From an uncultured Candidatus Rokubacteria bacterium (GTDB lineage Bacteria > Methylomirabilota > Methylomirabilia > Rokubacteriales > DASRDR01): a stretch of DNA of 64,000 nucleotides. Shown here one piece after another: positions 40,921 to 49,865 of this stretch. The notes below the pieces were generated by a model. That model saw nothing but the letters and a program-made list of their open reading frames with translations, had not been told where the DNA came from and searched no databases. The stretch spans positions 81,877 through 145,876 of the forward strand of contig CAVPSB010000044.1 of assembly GCA_963708025.1 (NCBI GenBank), read 5' to 3'. Positions within the stretch are counted from its first letter, which is position 1; every line of letters starts with the position of its first letter. A program made the position numbers and the translations under genes.

Positions 40921-41892
40921 CTACTTCACGAAGGAGTGGTTGACCAGGTCCTTGGCGGTGACGCCCTTGGCCTGGAGCTTGCCGAAGCTCGCCCAGATGT
41001 CGAGGGCGTTCTGGACCACCTTGTTGATGTCCCCCGGCTTCTGGGCGGTCCCGAAGAACTTGACGTTGCCGTCCCGGTTGTAGAACTTCACGCCGTCGAG
41101 CGTCTCGGCGAAGACCTTCGGGTCCTTCAGCCAGTCGCCGAGGCCCTTGGACATGATCTCGAGCGACTCCGGCTTGTTCTTCTCGTAGTAGGCCACCGCC
41201 TTGTTCCAGGCGTTGACCACGCCCTGGATCTCCTTGCCGCGCTTGGCGATCACCTCGCGGGGGAAGATCAGGACGTCGCTGATGAGCCCGGGCGTCTTCG
41301 ACGAGTCCACCAGGATCTGGCCGTGGGGGGCGTTCTTGCTCTTGGTGAGCCAGGGCTCCCAGGTGACGGCGGCGTCCACCTTCTCGGCGACGAACGCGGC
41401 GCCGGCATCCCCCTGCTTCATGTTGACGACCTCGATGTCCTTCTGCGACATCCCGGATTCCTTCAGGATCACGTTCAGGAAGAACTGGGAGACCGAGCCC
41501 TCGTTGACCGCGACCTTCTTGCCCTTCAGGTCCTTGACCGACTTGATCTCCTTGCGGGCCACGATGCCGTCCCCGCCGGCCGAGTCGTCCAGGGCCAGGA
41601 CGTACTGGTACTCCTTGCCGGTCTTCAGGTAGAGGACCATGGTGTCGATCGTCGAGACCACGCCGTCGAGCCGCCCGGCGGCCAGGGCGAAGAAGCCCTC
41701 CTTGGGGTCCTCGATGTTGACCAGGTCGACGTCGACCTTCTCTTCCTTGAAGAAGCCCTTCTCCTTGGCGATGAAGAGCGGGCCGTACCCCACCCAGATC
41801 GAGTACCGGATCTTCAGGGGCTCGGCCGCCGCCACCGTCGACAGACCGGCGACCACCACGACCACCAGCACCCACGCGAGCCATCGTTTCAT
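40921..41892 (-). CDS. ABC substrate-binding protein (SsuA/THI5-like)
   Basis: Signal peptide, WVGYGPLFIAKEKGFF, SAGGDGIVA, VTWEPW; AAGGGAGG SD. Confidence 0.9.
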   Translation of the reverse strand: MKRWLAWVLVVVVVAGLSTVAAAEPLKIRYSIWVGYGPLFIAKEKGFFKEEKVDVDLVNIEDPKEGFFALAAGRLDGVVSTIDTMVLYLKTGKEYQYVLALDDSAGGDGIVARKEIKSVKDLKGKKVAVNEGSVSQFFLNVILKESGMSQKDIEVVNMKQGDAGAAFVAEKVDAAVTWEPWLTKSKNAPHGQILVDSSKTPGLISDVLIFPREVIAKRGKEIQGVVNAWNKAVAYYEKNKPESLEIMSKGLGDWLKDPKVFAETLDGVKFYNRDGNVKFFGTAQKPGDINKVVQNALDIWASFGKLQAKGVTAKDLVNHSFVK

Positions 41893-41918
41893 GGCGTTCC
41901 TCCCTTGGAGACGGACGG

Positions 41919-43160
41919 TCAGTGAACGGAGGGCCGGAGCCCGAACACATCGTGGGCCCGCCGCAGCCCGGCGGCCAGCGCCTCGATGTCCTGGGGCGTC
42001 GTGTAGACGGAGAAGCTCGCGCGGGTCGTGCCGGCCACGCCGAGCCGCCGCGCCAGCGGCTGCGCGCAGTGGTGCCCGGCCCGCACGGCGATGCCTTCGG
42101 TATCCAGCGCGGCCGCCAGGTCGTGCGGGTGGATGCCAGCCAAGTTGAACGAGACCACCCCCACGCGCAGCGCCGGGTCCCGCGGGCCGTAGAGCGTGAG
42201 GTCCTCCACCTCGCCGAGCTCGGCCAGCGCCTGGCGAGTCAGCGCGGCCTCGTGGGACTGGATCGCGTCCCAGCCCAGGGCCTCGAGGTAGTCGATGGCC
42301 GCGCCGAGGCCGATCGCCTGGGCGATCGGGGGCGTGCCCGGCTCGAAGCGCCACGGGAGGTCGTTCCAGGTGACCCGATCCAGCCAGACCTCCTTGATGA
42401 TCTCGCTCCCGCCGAAGGCGGGCTCGAGCGGCTCCATGATCTCCCGGCGGCCGTAGAGGACGCCAATCCCGGTCGGCGCGCCCAGCTTGTGACCCGACAG
42501 CGCGTAGAAGTCGACGCCGAGGCCGGCCACGTCCAGCGGCAGGTGCGGCGCGGCCTGGGCCCCGTCGATCAGGACCCGCGCCCCCGCGGCCTGGGCGCGC
42601 TCGACCAGCTCGGCCACCGGGTTCACGGTGCCCAGCACGTTCGACACGTGCGTGAGCGCCACCAGCCGGGTCCGCCGCCCGAGTAGCTGGTCGAGCCCCG
42701 ACAGGTCCAGCAGCCCGTCGTCGGTGACTGGGATGTAGCGGAGCTTCAGCTTGAGCTCGCGGGCCAGGAGGTACCAGGGCACCAGGTTCGAGTGGTGCTC
42801 CATCTCGGTGAGGAGGATCTCGTCCCCTTCGACCAGGGCCCGCCGGGCCCAGGTGTGGGCGACCAGGTTGATCGCCTCGGTCGTCCCCTTGGTGAAAACG
42901 ATCTCCTCGCGGTGGCGAGCGCCGAGGAAGCCCCGGACCCGGTCCCGGGCCGCCTCGAACATCTCCGTCGCCTCTTCGCCGAGCGTGTGGATCGAGCGAT
43001 GGACGTTGGCGTTGGAGCGCTCGTAGTAGGCGCGCAAGACGTCGAGGACGGCCCGCGGCTTTTGGGCGGTCGCCGCCGAGTCGAGGTAGACGAGCCGCCG
43101 CCCCCCGATGGTCCGCTCGAGGATCGGGAAGTCGCCGCGAACCCGCTCGCCGAGCGTCAC
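41919..43160 (-). CDS. sufS: SufS-type cysteine desulfurase
   Basis: YLDSAATAQKP, MEHHSN, SGHK, RAGHHCAQP. Confidence 0.95.
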   Translation of the reverse strand: MTLGERVRGDFPILERTIGGRRLVYLDSAATAQKPRAVLDVLRAYYERSNANVHRSIHTLGEEATEMFEAARDRVRGFLGARHREEIVFTKGTTEAINLVAHTWARRALVEGDEILLTEMEHHSNLVPWYLLARELKLKLRYIPVTDDGLLDLSGLDQLLGRRTRLVALTHVSNVLGTVNPVAELVERAQAAGARVLIDGAQAAPHLPLDVAGLGVDFYALSGHKLGAPTGIGVLYGRREIMEPLEPAFGGSEIIKEVWLDRVTWNDLPWRFEPGTPPIAQAIGLGAAIDYLEALGWDAIQSHEAALTRQALAELGEVEDLTLYGPRDPALRVGVVSFNLAGIHPHDLAAALDTEGIAVRAGHHCAQPLARRLGVAGTTRASFSVYTTPQDIEALAAGLRRAHDVFGLRPSVH

Positions 43161-43537
43161 GCCCGCACGGGAGCGCCGGCCAGGGCGGCGCGCAGGACGT
43201 CCAGGGGCAGCGTCACGCAGCGGAGCCGTGAGGAGCGGATCTCGGCCTGGAGGGCGCGGAGGAGCGTGTCCCGGTCCACCCGCAGGGCCTCCCGCACCGG
43301 CCGGCCCTCCACCATCTCGGCCAGCAGGTCGGCGGACGCCAGCGCGATCGCGCAGGCGTCGCCCCGGTAGCGGACCGCCCCGATCTCGGCGCCGGGATCG
43401 AGCCGCACCTCGACCCGGATCCGGTCGCCGCAGAGCGGGTTCACGTCCTCGTGGACCGCGTCGGGAGCGTCCAGCTCGCCGAGGTAGCGGGGGTGCCTGA
43501 AGCGGTCGAGGATGACGTCGCTGTAAAGCGTGGCCAC
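43157..43537 (-). CDS. sufU: SufU/IscU-like sulfur-transfer protein
   Basis: NPLCGD, ACAIALAS, RLRCVTLP. Confidence 0.88.
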   Translation of the reverse strand: MATLYSDVILDRFRHPRYLGELDAPDAVHEDVNPLCGDRIRVEVRLDPGAEIGAVRYRGDACAIALASADLLAEMVEGRPVREALRVDRDTLLRALQAEIRSSRLRCVTLPLDVLRAALAGAPVRA

Positions 43538-43648
43538 GGGGTCACCGTAGCACACACGTCCCGTTCGGGCAACTCGGGAGCGGAGTTACGACGCGGAGTG
43601 CCTAGACGGTTTGAAGTCTCAAAGCCCTCGCAGAGTCACGTTTTCGTG

Positions 43649-43815
43649 GGGCAGGGCCGAGGAGTGAGCAGCGCCCACAGGCCGAAGGCCGTCCCGAAGG
43701 ACGCAGGGAGTCGCCGACCGCGGGCGTACTCCTGTACGCCGAGGATCGGCGACGACCCCAAAGGCCGAAGGCCGTCCGAAACGACGACGCGATGCGAAGC
43801 TCATCGGCCCTGCCC
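43649..43815. repeat. Structured repeat family 3, copy 2 (with two 20-bp module insertions)
   Basis: Terminal IR GGGCAGGGCCGA/TCGGCCCTGCCC; core shared with 9146 and 56606. Confidence 0.9.
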
Positions 43816-44858
43816 TACTCGGGGAGCGCGCCGCGGTCCTGGCCGGCCCGGTACGGCGGGAAGCGAAAGGCCATGTCGCGGTTGAGGAGACCGCCGTGGC
43901 CGAAGGCGGCCAGCTCGCTCGCTCCCACCGGTTCCCCGACCAGGAGGCGCGGCAGGACGAGGTCGAACATCGTGGCCTGGGAGAACATCCCGCAGGACGG
44001 CATGCCGAGGACCGGCAGCGGGCCGAGCGCGGCGACCCAGAGGAGGCTCCCGGGATGGGCCGGCACCCCCCGCCGGAGGAATCGGCCGCCGAGGCGCTCG
44101 AGGGCGCCGAAGACCGGGTCGAGCGGGTCCAGCGCGTTGGCGCCGGCCGCGACCACGAGATCCGCGCCGCCCACGCGGGCCGTCTCGATGGCGCGGGCCA
44201 GCGCCGCGGGATCGGCATCGACGAACTCGAGGTGGCCGAGTCGCGCGCCGAACCAGGCCAGCTTCTCGCGCAACGCCGCTTCGAACCGGGACCGGGCCGA
44301 CGGCTGGAGGCTCGCCGGCGCCACTGCGGCGACGGTGAGCGCCCGGAAGCTCCGGACCGTGACGAGGCCCCCGGCGGTCCCACAGCGCGCCTCGGCGTCG
44401 CGGACCGTGGCCTCGGGAATGACCAGTGGCGTCACCTTTGCCCGCGCCACCACCTCGCCTGCGTCCACCACCTGGGCGTCGTAGAGCGTGTACACGGCGA
44501 TGCCGTCGAGGCCGTTGACCCCGGCCAGCCCCTCGATGCGCACTCCGAGCAGCCCGCGGTGTTCGGCGACCAGCGCCCACTGACCGCCGGCCGCGTCGCG
44601 GACGCGCACGCCCGGCCCCGCCGCCGCCCGCGCCAGCCGCTCGCCGGCCGGATCCTCGTGGAGGTCACCCGGCTCCATCTCGATGAGGTGAACGTCGCCC
44701 TGAGCGATGTCGGCGAGCCGGGCGGCCGCCGCCGCGTCCAGCACCTGGCCCTTCCGGAGGGCGGGCTTCCCCGCCCCGTCGTGGACGTCGTGGCAGAGGA
44801 CCCAGCCGGCCAGACGCTCGGGGCCGAGCTCGGCGGGGCGAACCGCGTGGGTCTTCAC
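43815..44858 (-). CDS. Molybdopterin-binding (MoeA-like) accessory protein
   Basis: LCHD..LRKG, GDLHED, AKVTPL, GVPAHPGSLL, GMPSC, GHGGLL; context of the cox cluster. Confidence 0.7.
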   Translation of the reverse strand: MKTHAVRPAELGPERLAGWVLCHDVHDGAGKPALRKGQVLDAAAAARLADIAQGDVHLIEMEPGDLHEDPAGERLARAAAGPGVRVRDAAGGQWALVAEHRGLLGVRIEGLAGVNGLDGIAVYTLYDAQVVDAGEVVARAKVTPLVIPEATVRDAEARCGTAGGLVTVRSFRALTVAAVAPASLQPSARSRFEAALREKLAWFGARLGHLEFVDADPAALARAIETARVGGADLVVAAGANALDPLDPVFGALERLGGRFLRRGVPAHPGSLLWVAALGPLPVLGMPSCGMFSQATMFDLVLPRLLVGEPVGASELAAFGHGGLLNRDMAFRFPPYRAGQDRGALPE

Positions 44859-45970
44859 GCGGCGCTACCTCGCCGCTCAGCCACCAGCGGGCGGCCGGTG
44901 GCGCCGTAGCGAGTCGCCACGATCTCGGCCAGGATGGCGAGCGCGATCTCCGGCGCGCTCCGGGCGCCGAGATCCAGGCCGATCGGCACCCGGATCCGGG
45001 CCAGCGCGTCCTCAGCCACGCCCTCTTCGCGGAGGAGCTTCAGGATCGCCTCGCCCCGGCGGCGACTCCCGAGCATGCCGACGTAGCCGGCGGGCGTGGC
45101 CAGGACGTGACGGAGGACAGGAAGGTCGTACTTGTAGTCGTGGGCGACGAGCACCACCGCCGTGGACGGCAGCAGCACGACGCGGCTGGTCACCTCGGAC
45201 GGGATCCCGACGACCAGCTCGTCGACGTCGGGGAAGCGCTCCCCGGTCGCCAGGCGGGGCCGCCCGTCCACGACCACGGTGCGGAAGCCGAGGGTCCTGG
45301 CCAGGGTCACCAGTGGCATCGCCACGTGGCTGGCGCCGACGACCAGGAGCGTGGGCGGCGGCATGTGGATCTCGAGGAAGCACCGGACCCCGGGCTCGGA
45401 TCCGAGCACGACCGTCCGTGAGGCGCCGGTGGCGAAGCCCGCCGTGGCCTCGCGCTCGGCCGCGGTGTCCAGCGCCGAATCCCCCAGCGTGCCGACCCGC
45501 CGGCCGTCGTCCAGGAGGAGGAGCTTGGCGCCGGCGTTGGGGGCATCCATCCGGGTCAGCAGGGCGCCGGCGCGGCCGCCGGCCACGTGGCCCCGCAGCG
45601 TCTCGTAGAACGGCAGCGCGCCGCCCGGCTCGTCCCTGTCCTCCCCGAGCGCGACCGGCTCGAGGAAGACCTCGATGGTCCCGCCGCAGGTGAGGCCGAT
45701 CTCCCAGGCGTCCTCGTCTCCCAGCGACAGCTCCAAGAGGCGCGGGGAAGACGCGGCCAGGACGTCCTCGGCCTCCGCCATCACCTCGGCGTCCACGCAG
45801 CCGCCGATCGTGACCGAGCCGAGGATCCGCCCGTCCTCCCCCACCCACATCTTGGCGCCTTCCTTGCGAGGCGTGGTGCCCCGGGTGCTGACGAGCGTCG
45901 CGAGGGCGGCGCGCCCCTCGACGTGGCGAAGCTGGTCGATCTGATCGAAGAACTCGCTCACGCTGCCCAT
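44855..45970 (-). CDS. xdhC: XdhC/CoxI family Moco chaperone
   Basis: GTTPRKEGAKM, IGGCVD, GLTCGG, YVGMLGSR, PIGLDLGA..EIALAI. True start may be GTG 45961. Confidence 0.92.
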   Translation of the reverse strand: MGSVSEFFDQIDQLRHVEGRAALATLVSTRGTTPRKEGAKMWVGEDGRILGSVTIGGCVDAEVMAEAEDVLAASSPRLLELSLGDEDAWEIGLTCGGTIEVFLEPVALGEDRDEPGGALPFYETLRGHVAGGRAGALLTRMDAPNAGAKLLLLDDGRRVGTLGDSALDTAAEREATAGFATGASRTVVLGSEPGVRCFLEIHMPPPTLLVVGASHVAMPLVTLARTLGFRTVVVDGRPRLATGERFPDVDELVVGIPSEVTSRVVLLPSTAVVLVAHDYKYDLPVLRHVLATPAGYVGMLGSRRRGEAILKLLREEGVAEDALARIRVPIGLDLGARSAPEIALAILAEIVATRYGATGRPLVAERRGSAA

Positions 45971-45991
45971 TCTACTCCTCGTCAGTATCGC

Positions 45992-47138
45992 TCAGGGCTT
46001 CAGATGACGGGCGAGCGCCTTGAGCGATTCCAGGTTGTGCGCCGGCAGGAACGCGTCGCACGTGCGGGAGCGCGGCCACCATGCCCTGGGTGAGCGGCTG
46101 GTAGTCGGGGCTGCCGAGCAGCGGGTTGAGCCAGATCACCTTGCCCGCGCGCCGGCGGATCTGGACGAGCGCGTCGGCCAGGATGGCCGGCTCCCCGGTG
46201 TCCCAGCCGTCCGACAGCACCAGCACCACGGTGTCCCGGTCGAGGAGCCGCCGCCACTCCTGGTTGAAGGCCCGGAGGCTCTCGCCGATCTTGGTGCCGC
46301 CCGACCAGTCCCGGACGTCGCCGAGCCGGGCCAGCGCGCGGCCGTACGTCTCGCCCTGCAGCTCCTCGGTGATGCGGGAGAGCCGGGTGGAGAACACGAA
46401 GGTCTCCATGCGGCCGAGCTGGTTCTGGAGGGCGTAGAGGAACTGGATCAGGAGGCGGCTGTAGAGGTCCATCGACCCGGAGACGTCGCACAGGACGACC
46501 AGCTTCGTCTTGAGGATCTTGCGCTGGCGCCGCGCCAGCTCGACAGGCTCCCCGCGCGTGAGGGTGCTCCGCATCGTCCGGCGGAGGTCCACCCGCCCGT
46601 GCCGACGGGACGGCTTGAGACGCCGGCTCCGCCGGGTGGCGAGCCGGCGGGCGAGCTGGGCGGCCAGTCGAGCCACCTCCTCCAGCTCGTCGGCGCCGAA
46701 GGCCGAGAAGTCCTTGCCCATCACGGCCTCGAGGTCCGACAGCCCGGGGAGGCCCACCGGCTCGCCCTCCCCCTCGCCGACCTCGCTCCACTCGGCGAAC
46801 TCCAGCGCGGCGTCCTTGGCCCGCGGGAAGTGGGGTTCGACGGCCGAAGGCTCCTCGTCCCCACCGGGCGGGGCCGGCCCCACCGGGCCGGCTCGCCCAC
46901 CCCAGAAGGCGTCGAAGGCGGCGTCGAAGGTGGCGAAGTCCTCGGGGCGGGTGACGAGCACCGTTCGCAGGGCGCGGTGAACCTCGTCCCGATCGCCCAG
47001 GTCGATCAGCTCGAGCGCCTGCACGGCGTCGCGGCTCTGACCGGGCGTTATCCCCAGGCCCCGGGCGCGGAGGAGCCGGCAGAAGCGCACCGTGGCAGAG
47101 AGCAGATCGCTCGGGACCGGACGGGTGAGGGCGGTCAG
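45992..47138 (-). CDS. coxE: CoxE-like VWA protein (1-nt insertion near 46059; start uncertain)
   Basis: LCDVSGSM, FSTRL, WSGGTKIG, SDGWDTG, WLNPL. C-terminus DAFLPAHNLESL in the +1 frame. Confidence 0.88.
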
Positions 47139-47139
47139 G

Positions 47140-48024
47140 TCAGCTCTCCAGGATCTCCGTCAGCCGCCCGGCCGCCAGCTCGGTCTCGAGGCGCTTGACG
47201 TCGTCGACCTCCTTCAACACGCAGCCGAGCGTCTCCCGCATGAGCTCGGCGTCCAGGTGGTCGGCGTGGAGCGCGGCCAGGGCCGCCGCCCAGTCCAGCG
47301 TCTCCGCCACCCCCGGCACCTTGGCCAGCTTCATGCGACGCAGGCTCTGCATCACGCGGCCGATCTGCCCGGCCAGGCGCTCGTTGACCCCGGGCACCTT
47401 GGTGCGGAGGATCCGGATCTCCTTCTCGTAGGACGGGTAGTCGATCCAGAGGTAGAGGCAGCGGCGCCGAAGCGCGTCCGAGAGGTCGCGCGATCGGTTC
47501 GACGTCAGGACCACGGCCGGCCGCCGGGTCGCCCGGATCGTCCCGATCTCGGGGATGGTGACCTGGAAGTCGGAGAGCACTTCCAGCAGGAAGCTCTCGA
47601 ACTCGAGGTCGGCGCGGTCGATCTCGTCCACCAGCAGGACGGGCGGCTTCCCGTCCTGGCTGATCGCCTGGAGGAGCGGACGCTTGAGGAGGAACGGCTC
47701 CGAGAAGATGTCGGCCTCCTTCTCGGCCACCGAGCGGTCCTCGCGCTCCTCCAGCTTGATGCGCAGGAGCTGCTTCGGGTAGTTCCACTCGTAGAGCGCG
47801 GTGGAGGCGTCGAGCCCTTCGTAACACTGGAGCCGGATCAGGTTCGTTCCCAGGACCTGGGCCAGGACCTTGGCGATCTCGGTCTTCCCGACGCCGGCGT
47901 GGCCCTCTACCAGGAGGGGCTTCCCCAGCGCCATCCCGAGGTGGACTGCCGTCGAGATGGCGGGGTCGGTGATGTAGGCGGCCCCTTCCATCAGGGCCTG
48001 GATCTTGCGGATCTCTTCGCGCAT
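47140..48024 (-). CDS. coxD: CoxD/MoxR AAA+ ATPase
   Basis: EGHAGVGKT, RLQCYEG, DEIDRAD, LSDALRRRC. Confidence 0.92.
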   Translation of the reverse strand: MREEIRKIQALMEGAAYITDPAISTAVHLGMALGKPLLVEGHAGVGKTEIAKVLAQVLGTNLIRLQCYEGLDASTALYEWNYPKQLLRIKLEEREDRSVAEKEADIFSEPFLLKRPLLQAISQDGKPPVLLVDEIDRADLEFESFLLEVLSDFQVTIPEIGTIRATRRPAVVLTSNRSRDLSDALRRRCLYLWIDYPSYEKEIRILRTKVPGVNERLAGQIGRVMQSLRRMKLAKVPGVAETLDWAAALAALHADHLDAELMRETLGCVLKEVDDVKRLETELAAGRLTEILES

Positions 48025-48073
48025 GCGGGCTCCTTGGATTGAGATCGGGTTCGGCCGGGCGGTGCCCGGGACC

Positions 48074-48688
48074 TCATTGTAGCGCAGGACCGGGCGCCGG
48101 ACCGGGCCGCCCCCCGATCGACTCGTAGTCACCCCACGTGTCCACGTCCGGCGGAATCAGGTCGTCAACCGGCACCTCGACGACCCGCCCGGGGTCGCGC
48201 GCAACCACGCCACGCCCCCCAGTGTCGCCGGTCACGGCGCGCAGCTCGTCGAAGAGGCCGGCCGCGAAGAGGACGGGGTTCCCGCGGCCATCCCGGTAGC
48301 GCGGAACCACGATGGGGCGGCCGCTCGCGCGAAAGGCGGACACCAGCTGGCCGATGAGGGCGGGGTCTGGCAGTGGCTGGTCCCCCAGGGCCACCACGAC
48401 GGCCTCGGTGGCGGGTCCGAGCGCGTCCAGACCGGCGCGGAGCGAGGTGGACTGCCCCTCCGCGTACCGCGGGTTCACGACGGTCCGGACGGGGAGCCCG
48501 GCCAGCGCGGCGCCGACCGCGTCGGCATCGCGGCCCAGCACGACGACGACGTCGTCGAGGCCGGCGGCGATGACCCGCTCGACGGAGAGCCGGATGAGCG
48601 GCCGTCCCTCCGCCACGGGGAGGAGGAGCTTCTGCCGCCCCATCCGGCTCCCCATCCCGGCGGCCAGGACGACCGCCGCGATGGTCAT
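48074..48688 (-). CDS. mocA: Molybdenum cofactor cytidylyltransferase
   Basis: LAAGMGSRMG..KLLL, GQSTSL, LGDQP, GNPVLF, DVDT. Confidence 0.85.
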   Translation of the reverse strand: MTIAAVVLAAGMGSRMGRQKLLLPVAEGRPLIRLSVERVIAAGLDDVVVVLGRDADAVGAALAGLPVRTVVNPRYAEGQSTSLRAGLDALGPATEAVVVALGDQPLPDPALIGQLVSAFRASGRPIVVPRYRDGRGNPVLFAAGLFDELRAVTGDTGGRGVVARDPGRVVEVPVDDLIPPDVDTWGDYESIGGRPGPAPGPALQ

Positions 48689-48692
48689 CCGT

Positions 48693-48920
48693 CAGGGGGG
48701 GAGTCCCAACCACGGGATCGCCGGGACGCGCTCGGCCTTCGGCCTCGCGTCCGTCCCGCCCCTCCGGTGGTCCCCCCCTGAACCCCCCCACCTGGGGGTG
48801 ACGGGTACCCGCGCCGCCGGGACATCGGCGCGACGGCCTCCGGCGCGGCGTGCACGGCGATACTGCATCTCGGGAGACTCCCGACCGCCCTCCCCTTGCC
48901 TCCCCCACCTGGGGGTCGTA
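48693..48920. repeat. Intergenic composite repeat (family 2-related)
   Basis: Internal duplication of CCCCCACCTGGGGGT, GGCCTTCGGCCT and GGGAGACTCCC blocks. Confidence 0.6.
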
Positions 48921-48939
48921 CGTTCCCGGCCGCGAGTTC

Positions 48940-49799
48940 CTCGCGCGGGCGGCGGCCGCCTCCAGGGCGCGGCGGGCGTAGACGCGCGTCAGGTGCTGCT
49001 TGTACTCGACCGAGCCCTGGAGGTCGGCGTTCATCGCGATGCCGTCGGCGGCCTTCTCGGCCGCCGCCGCGATCGACTGCGCGTCGAGGGCCTTGCCAGC
49101 CAGGGCGGCCTCCACCCCCGTGGCGCGTGTGGCCTTGGCGCCGACGCCGGTCACGGCGACGCGCGCCGCCTGGCACTTGCCACCGCTCACCGCGAGCACG
49201 ACGGCGACGCCGACCACCGCGAAGCGTGACGCCGGGTGCGGATGCTTCACGTAGGCCATGCCGCTGCCGGCCGCTGGCACCGGGATGCGGACCTCGGTCA
49301 GGACCTCGTCCGGCGCGAGGGCGGTGGTCAGGAGGTCCTTGAAGAAGTCGTCGGCCTTGATGGTCCGCGCGCCCTTCGGCCCGGTCGCCCGGAGCTCGGC
49401 GCCGAGGGCCAGCACGACCGCCGGCCAGTCGGCGGCGGGGTCGGCGTGGGCCAGGCTGCCGCCGATCGTCCCCCAGTTGCGCACCTGGGGGTCGCCGATC
49501 ATGGCGCCGGCCTCGGTGAGGATCGGGCACTTCGCCTTGAGCGAGGCGTTGGACTCGATCGCGTAGTGGGTGGTCAGGGCGCCGATCACGATGGCGCCGC
49601 CCTCCTCCCGCACGCCGGAGAGCCCGCTGACCCGCCGGAGGTCGATGACGTGCTTGGGGCTGGTCAGCCGGAGCTTCATGAGCGGGATCAGGCTGTGGCC
49701 CCCCGCCAGGAGCTTGGCGTCGTCCTTGTGCGTCCCGAGGAGCCGGACGGCCTCCTCGACGGTGCCGGGCCGATGGTACTCGAAGCTGGCCGGATACAT
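48940..49799 (-). CDS. coxM: CoxM-like FAD-binding medium subunit (natural stop missing; end approximate)
   Basis: AGGHSLIP, GDPQVRNWGTIGGSLAHADPAAD. Homology ends near ALEAAAARA. Confidence 0.9.
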
Positions 49800-49865
49800 T
49801 CGGATCCTCCCTCTCGGTCGGCGCGCCTCGGGCCAGGAGGCCCTCGGGACGCGCCGACCTCTGGC

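Noticed and set aside
46050-46070. coxE C-terminal frameshift
   Set aside because: One extra base before DAFLPAHN; probable sequencing indel.
49815-49860. Hairpin between coxL and coxM as an ncRNA
   Set aside because: Single GC-rich stem (GGTCGGCGCG/CGCGCCGACC) with no second copy or other support.
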